From Terriglobia bacterium (GTDB lineage: Bacteria; Acidobacteriota; Terriglobia; Acidiferrales; 2-02-FULL-67-57): a stretch of DNA of 50,671 nucleotides. The stretch covers positions 1-50,671 of the forward strand of contig JBHHYS010000003.1 in NCBI GenBank assembly GCA_046757645.1, written 5' to 3'. Under the pieces are notes generated by a model. The model had not been told where the DNA came from, did no database searches, and saw only the letters and a list, made by a program, of their open reading frames with translations. Made by a program: the position numbers and the translations under genes. How positions within the stretch are numbered: position 1 is the stretch's first letter; each line of letters opens with the position of its first letter. Below, one piece after another: positions 1 to 8,126 of this stretch.

Positions 1-1076
1 AGACTGTGGGCGTGGTGCTCAGCCCCCAACAGAAGCTAGAGATTGCCCGCAAACTCGATGAACTGGGAGTGGGGCGCATCGAGGCCGGGTTCCCCCGGGT
101 CTCGGCCGAGGACGCCGCGGCGATGCGGCTGATCCTGGCGGCGAAACTCAAAGCCGAAATCTGGGGCTTTGCCCGCGGCGTCCAGGCTGACCTGGATGAG
201 TTGATCCGTCTGGGGGTGCGGGCATGCGTTGTCGAAACCCCCACCAGCGAAATCAAGCTGCGGGCCTACGGATTCTCGCGGGAACAAGCCCGGCGCCGTG
301 CAGCCGAGGCCGTCCGCTATGCCAAGCAGCACAAACTGAGGGTGGCGTTCTTCGCCGTGGACGGCACGCGCACCGAGCTGGATTACCTGAGAGAGGTCTA
401 CCAGGCGGTGATGGAGGCGGGCGCCGACGAGGTGGTGGTGGTGGATACCATCGGAGCGTGCAGCCCGGAAGCGGTGGAGTTTCTGGTCGGGCAGGTGTGT
501 GGCTGGGTCGGAGAGAAAACACCGGTTCACTTCCACGGGCACAACGACTTTGGCCTGGGCACCGCCTCCGCCATTGCCGCGGTGCGCGCCGGCGCCACCT
601 GGATTCACGGAACCATCAACGGGATGGGCGAACGCGCCGGCAACGCGGATATTGGCGAAATTGCCCTGGCGCTCCGTTGTCTCTATGACGTTCCGGTGGA
701 GCTGGAGCTCAGCAAGATTCGGGAGGTTTCGAAACGGGTGCAAGAGGCCGCCGGGTACGAACTGGAGGCTTGGAAGCCGCTGGTGGGCGAGAACCTGTTC
801 ACCCGGGAGAGCGGCGCGGTGGCCAGCCAGTTTCACATCCCGGAAGCCATCGAGCCGTTCGCCGCCGAACTGGTCGGCGCGCAGCGAAGGGTTGTCCTGG
901 GGAAAAAGAGCGGACTCGACAGTATCGACTTGAAGTGCAAGGAACTGGGTCTGGAGGTTCCTCCCGATCAACGCCAGGTCCTGTTAGCGGCGGTGAAGCG
1001 GAAGGGGATCGAAAAGCGAGGCTTGGTGACCAACGCCGAGTTCCGGGAGCTGGTCAAGAACCTGCCGGGTTCGTAG
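1..1076 (+). CDS. Homocitrate/2-isopropylmalate synthase family (DRE-TIM metallolyase), 5'-truncated by window edge, no C-terminal regulatory domain
   Basis: Frame is open from the window edge (..TVGVVLSPQQKLEIARKLDELGVGRIEAGFP); HxH metal motif HGHNDFGLG and GMGERAGNA; the N-terminal DxTLRDGEQ part lies upstream of the window. Confidence 0.85.
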   Translation, partial: TVGVVLSPQQKLEIARKLDELGVGRIEAGFPRVSAEDAAAMRLILAAKLKAEIWGFARGVQADLDELIRLGVRACVVETPTSEIKLRAYGFSREQARRRAAEAVRYAKQHKLRVAFFAVDGTRTELDYLREVYQAVMEAGADEVVVVDTIGACSPEAVEFLVGQVCGWVGEKTPVHFHGHNDFGLGTASAIAAVRAGATWIHGTINGMGERAGNADIGEIALALRCLYDVPVELELSKIREVSKRVQEAAGYELEAWKPLVGENLFTRESGAVASQFHIPEAIEPFAAELVGAQRRVVLGKKSGLDSIDLKCKELGLEVPPDQRQVLLAAVKRKGIEKRGLVTNAEFRELVKNLPGS

Positions 1077-1196
1077 AGAGGGCGGCAGCTTGGCCACGAC
1101 CTATTGCCCAGGCGCCGCATTGTGGGCTCAGGGCTTCAGCCCTGATCCCAATAACTCCGAAAAACCAGGGACTGTTCCCCGGCGCTGTGGGAATTG

Positions 1197-1337
1197 ATGT
1201 TGCCCGAGAACATCACCAAGGGATGGGCGCTACGGCAAGCCAAGATCGATTTGCTGAAGAAGTACGGTGACGAGGCCCTCCCCTACTATTGGGCAGGCTT
1301 CACATTGCAGGGCGAAGGTGCCTCTACGGTGCCCTGA
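1197..1337 (+). pseudogene. C-terminal remnant of a CHAT (caspase-like) domain protein
   Basis: Manual translation of 1227-1337 gives ALRQAKIDLLKKYGDEALPYYWAGFTLQGEGASTVP*, the typical CHAT C-terminal ALRxA...PYYWAxFxLxG signature; no upstream domain. Confidence 0.65.
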
Positions 1338-1490
1338 CGTGTCTTATACCAGGCTGTATAAACCGGATCTGACCCGAGTCCCGACGGCCCGGAAATGCTT
1401 CGAGGACTCCAAGTTAAGTGATTATTTTCTGATATCGCGGAGTATCATATCGAGAGAAGGACCGTCTCTGTCTAAAGGTTTAGGCAGACT

Positions 1491-1513
1491 GTATAATTGT
1501 TGCTATGTGGCGC
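1491..1513 (+). promoter_or_regulatory. Possible attI-like junction/start of the first integron cassette (GTATAAT-TGTT-GCTATGT)
   Basis: GCTATGTGGCGC (1502-1513) is the reverse complement, with one mismatch in the GTT core, of the cassette-1 end GCGCCACATAAC (2109-2120); AT-rich context with TATAAT. Confidence 0.4.
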
Positions 1514-1540
1514 TTGGGACCAGAGTAATGGAGTCGAGAA

Positions 1541-2119
1541 ATGGGATTCTTAAAAAAGCTATTCGGCGCGAGTGCTCCAGATGGGCCGGAGCAACTGACG
1601 AGCGCCTCTGTGGGCAAACTGCTGGCGGAGCTCTCGTGCGGCTCGAATCCGGGAATACTCGACATGCTTATAGAGGAGCTACCGAGCAAGAATCGCGCAG
1701 ACGCCTTTCTCGCTCTGGCATCGCTGAGTCTCTTTGCATGGATCCGGGCTTCTCAGAGCGAGTCCCTGCAACTCGATCTCGCATCACAAAAGGAAATCTA
1801 CCATAGCTTCGCATCATTCCTCGTCGTGCAGTACCTCCAACAGTTTGGAGGTTCCGAAGATCCCAATGCCATCGTCTACGAGATTACAAGCAACGCACGG
1901 GGGCTGCTCGACGTCTGGAATAACAGCCAAGGCAAGGAGCCCTTGCCTCACTGGTATGTGGCGAAAGCTGTCTGGTTCATGCTGCAGGAAGATCCTGACC
2001 GACCCGATCCAGTGCAGATAATGGCGTTGACTGAACTGCTTTCGTCGGAGACGCTGGGTTTTCTGGAGTTCGTGCGAGACATCCAGGGATACATCATAAA
2101 ACAGGGAGGCGCCACATAA
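1541..2119 (+). CDS. Hypothetical protein, integron cassette 1
   Basis: 192-aa ORF, lower GC than the flanks, stop codon inside the attC R'' site (CATAAC). Confidence 0.75.
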   Translation: MGFLKKLFGASAPDGPEQLTSASVGKLLAELSCGSNPGILDMLIEELPSKNRADAFLALASLSLFAWIRASQSESLQLDLASQKEIYHSFASFLVVQYLQQFGGSEDPNAIVYEITSNARGLLDVWNNSQGKEPLPHWYVAKAVWFMLQEDPDRPDPVQIMALTELLSSETLGFLEFVRDIQGYIIKQGGAT

Positions 2120-2297
2120 CCCCTCACTGCAGCGGACGGCAACCGCGCCTCGCTCAGTCTTGTCGCTTGCGCTTCGGTTCACATGCTTTGTTCAAAGGGA
2201 TGGTCTAATCGGTTATCATACTCTTGTGCCGGGCAGCGGTAGCAAGCGCCAAGCCTTCGCTTCGTCGCGCTGCCGCCGCCGAACTCCAGCGTTAGCC
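2114..2297 (+). mobile_element. attC site 1 (unusually long, 184 bp)
   Basis: ACATAAC-CCCTCACTGCAGCGGAC ... GCCGCCGAACTCCAGC-GTTAGCC; typical R''/L''...L'/R' layout. Confidence 0.75.
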
Positions 2298-2314
2298 AGC
2301 GCGAACAGCACCTG

Positions 2315-2791
2315 ATGGCAATAACACCGACCAACGTCCAGAATCAAGGTCTCGACTACTTCCGACGCGTGGTTGCCCTCGTGTACCGAGAGATCGGTGT
2401 TCTCGAAGCCTCCAATCACGCGGCCATTGCTGCGAAGATCAACGCAGCGGGCGGCTTTTTCGGGCAACAGCGAAAGGTGGAAGCCAAGAAACTCTACAAG
2501 CTCAGTCTGACCGACATCTCAGTCGACCACACGCTGACGCGGTATGCGAAGCGAACCGGTCTAACTCTTGAGGACGTCTACGAAGCGTTTCGGTCAGGCA
2601 CGTGGCGTACTGCTTCTGGAGGGTTCGCATTCGGAGGGCCGAGATGGGCCGCGATCACGAAGGCCGCAATTGAGCTCGGTTCGGCGATTCGAAGCAAGAG
2701 TTGGTCAGAAGTCGGGGGTTTGGTCAATGTAATCGACGGTCTCGAACACAACAACGGGCGAATTGTTGACAAGTTTTCGGAGCTTGATTAG
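2315..2791 (+). CDS. Hypothetical protein, integron cassette 2
   Basis: 158-aa ORF bounded by the perfectly complementary GTTAGCCAGCGCG (2291-2303) and CGCGCTGGCTAAC (2803-2815). Confidence 0.75.
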   Translation: MAITPTNVQNQGLDYFRRVVALVYREIGVLEASNHAAIAAKINAAGGFFGQQRKVEAKKLYKLSLTDISVDHTLTRYAKRTGLTLEDVYEAFRSGTWRTASGGFAFGGPRWAAITKAAIELGSAIRSKSWSEVGGLVNVIDGLEHNNGRIVDKFSELD

Positions 2792-2808
2792 CAGCGCCCA
2801 GCCGCGCT

Positions 2809-2893
2809 GGCTAACAACCGAATGGAGCCGGCGCGCCCGACGGCCCGTGCGATCATGATGCTGCGGCGCGCGGCTCATTCGGAGGCGTTAGCC
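2809..2893 (+). mobile_element. attC site 2
   Basis: GGCTAAC-AACCGAATGGAGCCG ... CGGCTCATTCGGAGGC-GTTAGCC; imperfect palindrome with complementary R'' and R' cores. Confidence 0.88.
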
Positions 2894-2915
2894 GCACCAC
2901 TCACAGGAGGATGAG

Positions 2916-3512
2916 ATGGGAATACTGGAAGCTCTCACCGGTCGCACGAAGGTCTTGCGATACCGAATAGTTTTCGGAGCCGACAAGATCGTCGGAGTTC
3001 ACGTCGAGCCATGTGTTCCGCAGATCCCAGGGCCTGAGTACATCCGCTTGTGGGCAAGCTACGAGGCAAAGACCATCTTCAACCTGGGTTTTCCCGGAAA
3101 CCTGAGTGCCACGATGGCACTCGGTTCGGTCGCAAAGGTCGCAGACAAAGCCATCACAGCCGATACCGATTGCTTCCAGCGCGCCCACCTTGCCGATGCC
3201 ATTCAGTTTGCTCACAAAGTCCCCACTTCCGGCACGACCTTCACCGGCGAGTTGTATGCCAAGGGATCTCTCGAGCGGACGATCAAGACACACTTCCCTA
3301 TGCGGATAACCGAACAGCAAGTGGTGTACTCCGGTCTCGCTCTGATGCAGTACGCTATCAGTATCAACCGTACCGATGACGAGACACTCGATGTTCTCAC
3401 GAAGACAGCCCGAAACTTCCTAGCCCTTTACGAGTCGGGCATGGGTGGAGGTGTAGAATCTGTGGTCCAGATTCCGACTCTCGCGTACATGCAGGCCATA
3501 GGCGTGGCATAG
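2916..3512 (+). CDS. Hypothetical protein, integron cassette 3
   Basis: 198-aa ORF with AGGAGG RBS immediately after the attC2 GTTAGCC. Confidence 0.75.
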   Translation: MGILEALTGRTKVLRYRIVFGADKIVGVHVEPCVPQIPGPEYIRLWASYEAKTIFNLGFPGNLSATMALGSVAKVADKAITADTDCFQRAHLADAIQFAHKVPTSGTTFTGELYAKGSLERTIKTHFPMRITEQQVVYSGLALMQYAISINRTDDETLDVLTKTARNFLALYESGMGGGVESVVQIPTLAYMQAIGVA

Positions 3513-3525
3513 ACATGCAATCGGC

Positions 3526-3585
3526 GGCTAGCGAGCCGATGCAGTGAACGGCCTTGGGCCGCCGCTGATCGGCAAGCCGTCATAG
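3526..3585 (+). mobile_element. Degenerate attC site 3 (about 60 bp)
   Basis: GGCTAGC-GAGCCGATGCAGTGAACGGCCTTGGGCCGCCGCTGATCGGCAAGCC-GTCATAG; internal palindrome intact, both cores mutated (AAC>AGC, GTT>GTC). Confidence 0.65.
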
Positions 3586-3886
3586 GCCACTACTATAGGA
3601 ATATTCTTACTGGGTGTTACGATATTATTGGCTTGGGGTTTCTCTTGAAACTAGGACAGCCACGAGTGGGCCCCGTTGCGGAGCACGTCTCTCCGGCGAC
3701 AAATTATGTTCGTCAGAGAGGAGCAGGGTCTGTGTTACAGAAAAATTTTCAGACCCTCAGCGGCCAAAGGAACATTCATTCTGGTGAACTTACGACACGC
3801 CTGAAGGCGTGCCCTTCCGAAAAGTGCCAGTTTCGACATGGACTCTAGTCTCAGCCGCCGCGACCGGGAAGCTATTTTCAACACCC

Positions 3887-3948
3887 GTAGCGGAACCCTT
3901 CAGGGTTCCAGGGTGCGGAAGAGACGGAAGGCTGAAGCCTTCCGCTAC
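3887..3948. repeat. REP doublet (GTAG...CTAC), possibly also terminating the LLM gene
   Basis: GTAGCGGAACCCTTCAGGGTTCC ... GGAAGGCTGAAGCCTTCCGCTAC inverted pair. Confidence 0.65.
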
Positions 3949-3954
3949 ATTCTG

Positions 3955-5025
3955 TCAGCGGAAGTGGGGCAAAACGGTTTCACCGAACAGGCGGGCCTGC
4001 TCCGCCCGATTCTCACCCCAGATTTCCAGAAGAATATGAGTGCACCCTGCCTCGCGGAACTCTTGAATTCGTTGGACACATTCGTCCGGGGTGCCGGCGA
4101 TCGGGCAGACTTTGTCGAGAACCTCGTCGCTGACGGCTCGGGCGGCTGACTTCCGACCTCCCTTTTCCATCTTGTCGGCAATGGGCTTGATTTCTTCAAA
4201 GGTCAGCCCGGCATTTTCCAGCAAGACATCGGCGGAGCCGCGGATGTTCTGAACCTTGTTGGCCAAGTACATCGCGGCCATCTCCCGGGCGCCCTCCTTC
4301 GCCGTTGCCGGCTCTCTTCCGATACTGCCCACGATGACTGACCCCAGGTCAAGCCCGGCGGGGTCCCGGCCCGCCCTTCGCGCCCCTTCGTGCATGTTCT
4401 TTCGGGCGTATCGAACAAAGCCGGGTGTGGTAATGCTCGCGGTCAGAAGACCGTCCGCATGCGATCCAGCCATTCGTTGCAGAACGGGCCCGGTGGCACC
4501 GATGTAGATGGGCAGCGGATGGCGGGGCACGTGGGCGTCTTGCCGCACGGCAGGAGCCTCAGCGCAGAAGGCCTTGCCCGCGTAGTGAACCGCGTCGCCA
4601 CTGAGCAGGGCGCGAACGATATCGATGCTTTCCTTCATCACCGTGGCCGGGCCCACCGCCTTGCCGGCCTCGGACTCGCCGATGTGCTTCATAAAGATCT
4701 TGGACGCCCCCAGGCCCAAAAGAAAGCGTCCCGGGCCGGCGGCCTCCTGCATCACTCGGGCTTCCATGGCAATCTGGACGGGGTGGCGGGTGTAGGGGGA
4801 GATGATCCCCCAGCCAACGGTGATCTTTTTGGTTTCGCGGGCAATGATGGCCGTCAGGGCCGTCGAGGAGCGGGCTTCCATGGAGTGCTTGCGCCACCAG
4901 GGGTAGGCTTCGGCCAGCCAAAAGGTGTCAAACCCCGCCTGCTCGCAGGCCTGCGCCATGCGGACGGTGTCGTCCAGCGGCTCCATACTCAACTGGAGAA
5001 CGCCGATGCGAAACGGAACACCCAT
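3955..5025 (-). CDS. LLM-class (luciferase-like, Mer-type) flavin/F420-dependent oxidoreductase
   Basis: AEQAGFDTFWLAE-like segment, ISPYTRHP, GRFLLGLG, PIYIGATGP...ADG, IAGTPDEC motifs; start placed at ATG 5025 (uncertain). Confidence 0.85.
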   Translation of the reverse strand: MGVPFRIGVLQLSMEPLDDTVRMAQACEQAGFDTFWLAEAYPWWRKHSMEARSSTALTAIIARETKKITVGWGIISPYTRHPVQIAMEARVMQEAAGPGRFLLGLGASKIFMKHIGESEAGKAVGPATVMKESIDIVRALLSGDAVHYAGKAFCAEAPAVRQDAHVPRHPLPIYIGATGPVLQRMAGSHADGLLTASITTPGFVRYARKNMHEGARRAGRDPAGLDLGSVIVGSIGREPATAKEGAREMAAMYLANKVQNIRGSADVLLENAGLTFEEIKPIADKMEKGGRKSAARAVSDEVLDKVCPIAGTPDECVQRIQEFREAGCTHILLEIWGENRAEQARLFGETVLPHFR

Positions 5026-5059
5026 CACTCGATCCGAGCTCTCGATCCTTCGCGACCGG

Positions 5060-5986
5060 TTAGGGATTTGTCCAGGAATGCTCAAGCCCCTTCACAAGCG
5101 CCCACAGAGCCTTGTTCAAAGGGGTGGGGACTCCGGCCTTCTCACCCCATTGCACAATCGCGCCATTCATAAAGTCCACTTCCGTCGGCCGCCCGGCCAG
5201 GATGTCCTGGAGCATACTGGCTTTGTGCGTGCCGGGAGCGTGGGCGGCGGTCTTGACCATCTGCTTGGGGTCGTCGGGCAATTCGATGCCGTGGGCCCGG
5301 CTCACCGCGACTCCCTCGTCAATCAGGGCATCGAAAAGTTCTCCGGTGGGTTGGAAAAAGGCAGCGGCTCCGTGATTGAGACGGGTCAGAGCCCCGACCG
5401 GGTTGGTGGCGGCGTTGAAGATCAACTTCGTCCACTGCGCCCCCCGAGCGTCCCGCATCGCAATCGTGTTCAACCCGCTCCGGGTGAGGGTCGCCGCCAG
5501 TTCCTCCACCATTTTCATCGGGGTGTTCGTCGGCTCAAAGGGCCCGATCCAGGTGTCCCCGCTGATATCATAGCTCACGTGACCCGGTTCGATCACATGG
5601 CCGGCCGGGAATGTGGTCCCCCGGATGACGCACCGCACATGTTCCGCCAGGATTTCCTCGTTGCCCACCCCGTTCTGAACCGAACAGACGGCACTCTTTT
5701 CGTCGAAGAGATGAGCCGCCCGTTCAATGGCGGCCTTGGTGTGAAGGCTCTTGGTGGCGACAATGCCGTAGTCGCACCGGGGAACGTCCGCTGGATTGGT
5801 GGTGGCCTTAATCTTGACCGTAAAGTTGGCGGCGCCGGAAATGCGCAGGCCCGTACGGTTAATTGCCTTCACGTGATCCTCCCAGACATCCATGGCGAAG
5901 ACGTCAACGTCGTCCAGGCGCCCCAGGTGAGCCGCAAAAATACTGCCGATGGCTCCGCATCCAACAACCCCGATTTTCATGGGCAA
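5060..5986 (-). CDS. panE: Ketopantoate reductase (PanE/ApbA) family protein
   Basis: GCGAIG Rossmann motif, QNGVG, WTKLIFN (catalytic Lys), SMLQD...TEVDFMNG. Confidence 0.85.
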   Translation of the reverse strand: MPMKIGVVGCGAIGSIFAAHLGRLDDVDVFAMDVWEDHVKAINRTGLRISGAANFTVKIKATTNPADVPRCDYGIVATKSLHTKAAIERAAHLFDEKSAVCSVQNGVGNEEILAEHVRCVIRGTTFPAGHVIEPGHVSYDISGDTWIGPFEPTNTPMKMVEELAATLTRSGLNTIAMRDARGAQWTKLIFNAATNPVGALTRLNHGAAAFFQPTGELFDALIDEGVAVSRAHGIELPDDPKQMVKTAAHAPGTHKASMLQDILAGRPTEVDFMNGAIVQWGEKAGVPTPLNKALWALVKGLEHSWTNP

Positions 5987-6142
5987 TTTACCTCAGTCGA
6001 TCTGTGCAACCCCCTGCCCGTTTGAGCGTTCATTCTCAAGATGCAGGAAGAAAACGCCCCCGACTGGCCGCCGCCTCGGAGCGGCTCTTGGACAATGGCC
6101 AAGTGATTCCACTCCGTGGTTGATTCACTGCTACGAGACGTC

Positions 6143-6640
6143 TTACGACTGGGTGCGCCTCTCCCCTGTGGCGAAGCCGACAGCCAGCGCGCCGAGGGCA
6201 ATGATCAGCAGGCCGGAGCCGGTGACCGCGAGCACCTTAGGAACGAAGCCCCGGTTCACCGTTTGCAGAAATACCCCGAGCGGAAAAATGACCGAGCCTG
6301 CCACCAACAGGACAGCCAGACGGAAGCGCTGGCGCTCATCAAAGCCGACCCGATCGAAGATCAACCCGAAGACGATTAAGAGCAAGGCCAGCCCGGCCCA
6401 GTGTGAATGGACATCCACTTCGCGCACATAGTCGAACTTCCCTTGCGCGTAGGTGTCGAGGGCCGCGTGGGCCTCGGTCATCTCTCTTTCTGCCGCGCGG
6501 GCAAATCCGGTAGTGAGCGAGCGGCCCATCTGCTCCAGTGTCTGGTGCTCATCAACCAGGGCGTAGTAGAGACCGTACCCCATTCCCCCGATGGCCAGCG
6601 CCAACCCGGCAACGATCAGTAGTTTTCTCGATCCGCTCAC
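6143..6640 (-). CDS. Membrane protein with an intramembrane HxH motif (one unit)
   Basis: About 4 hydrophobic segments; VDVHSHWAGLALL; similar to each half of the adjacent gene. Confidence 0.7.
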   Translation of the reverse strand: MSGSRKLLIVAGLALAIGGMGYGLYYALVDEHQTLEQMGRSLTTGFARAAEREMTEAHAALDTYAQGKFDYVREVDVHSHWAGLALLLIVFGLIFDRVGFDERQRFRLAVLLVAGSVIFPLGVFLQTVNRGFVPKVLAVTGSGLLIIALGALAVGFATGERRTQS

Positions 6641-6644
6641 ACCT

Positions 6645-7775
6645 CTATCCCTTCTGGGCGTCGAGCTTTCCCGTGTAACGCAGCACGCCGACCAGCATTC
6701 CGAGCAAACTCAGGATGACCAGCAACCCTCCCCCATCAGCGATTCCGCCGGCCAGCCCTCCCCACGACACCTCCAGCAGCACGAAGACCGGCAGCAGCAC
6801 TGAGCCCAACAAGAAGATCATCACCCACCGGCGCTTCCAGCGTTCGCTCAAAAAGACGTAACCTTGAATGAAGGCCAGCAGGAGGGCGAGAAAGCCGAAT
6901 TCGATGATATGCGCGTGGGCGGCGATCTGTACCGCCCTCTCACCTTGCAGCGTGCCGTAAGCGTTCACTGCCTGCCTGGCCGCCATCAGATCATTGCTGG
7001 CCGCATTATCCACCATGGCGCGCAGCAGCGTCACCTCCTTCTCTTCGTGCGCATATAGATTGACGCCGGCGTAGTAGGCCCCGTGGAGAAACCCCGCCAG
7101 CACCAGCAGTGTGCCCCCGGCGAGCAATGTGCGAGTCGCCCAACTCCTCTCCGTGAACCCTTCCCCGTCCGCCGTGGTTGCGTGCGCCCCGCGCAGATAG
7201 CGCCACAGCCCCACACCCTCGCCGGCGCAGGCGACGATCACCAACAATCCACCGAAATCGGCGAAGATACTGGCCCAACCAATCGTCGGGAGCGGGCTAT
7301 AGGCCAACCCCACGTAGGGAATGAGAAAGACTGAAACCGGCAGCAGCACGGCTCCGGTGAGAAAAAGCAGAGCCATCTGCTTCTTGCCCTGCCCGCTCAG
7401 CGCGACATAGGGCTGCAGGAGCGCAAGCAACAAGGCGAGATAGCCAAAGGCGATGATGTGAACATGCGTATCGACCTTGGTGCCACGATTCTCCTGCAGG
7501 GCGCCTAGCGTGGCGAAATGTGTGATCACGGCGCCAGCGTCTCGAGCGGCCACAGCCTGGGTAGCGGCCAGCATCTGCTCGTTGCGATCCCCGGCATTTT
7601 GGTGCAGGACGAATACGGCAAAGACGTCGCCAAAGACCATGCCGGCGAGAATCAGCGTCATGCCGCCGAGAATCAGCCACCGGCGCGCGCTCATTGCGGC
7701 GAAAGGGTCCACGGCGGCCAGCCGAGGCGCTCCCGAATGGCTCGAAGCCTGCTGTTTCGTGGGCATACAGCTCAC
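6645..7775 (-). CDS. Membrane protein with two internally repeated HxH units
   Basis: VDTHVHIIAFGYLALLLA and IAAHAHIIEFGFLALLLA, each followed by VLLPV..F/L and ADxGGLLVI; start uncertain. Confidence 0.72.
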   Translation of the reverse strand: MSCMPTKQQASSHSGAPRLAAVDPFAAMSARRWLILGGMTLILAGMVFGDVFAVFVLHQNAGDRNEQMLAATQAVAARDAGAVITHFATLGALQENRGTKVDTHVHIIAFGYLALLLALLQPYVALSGQGKKQMALLFLTGAVLLPVSVFLIPYVGLAYSPLPTIGWASIFADFGGLLVIVACAGEGVGLWRYLRGAHATTADGEGFTERSWATRTLLAGGTLLVLAGFLHGAYYAGVNLYAHEEKEVTLLRAMVDNAASNDLMAARQAVNAYGTLQGERAVQIAAHAHIIEFGFLALLLAFIQGYVFLSERWKRRWVMIFLLGSVLLPVFVLLEVSWGGLAGGIADGGGLLVILSLLGMLVGVLRYTGKLDAQKG

Positions 7776-8126
7776 TCAAAATCAAGGCGGGTTGTACGAA
7801 TGCCTCTCGCCGCGACTGTTCAGGAAAAAGTCGGCCGTGGTTGCCAAAAACATCGTGCCTCTTGATGCATATTCAGTGGCTGAAGTCCCTAAAGCCCGCA
7901 ACGATTGCCGGCTCGGCCATATCCCCCCTTACGGTTCAACAGAAGACATAGGGGAAGCCAACGAGCCACTGGGGGCAGGCGAGAACGGCCGGTGGGTGGA
8001 TTCGACCCCAGGCCCAAGGGGAAAAGCGGTTTCGCAGCCAACAAACAACAGCCGGGTACTCGTCTTCAGCGCCGAATCGTCCTCGTGCCTACCCCTCGAT
8101 CCCGGCTCGCCGACCCCGGTGGGCGG

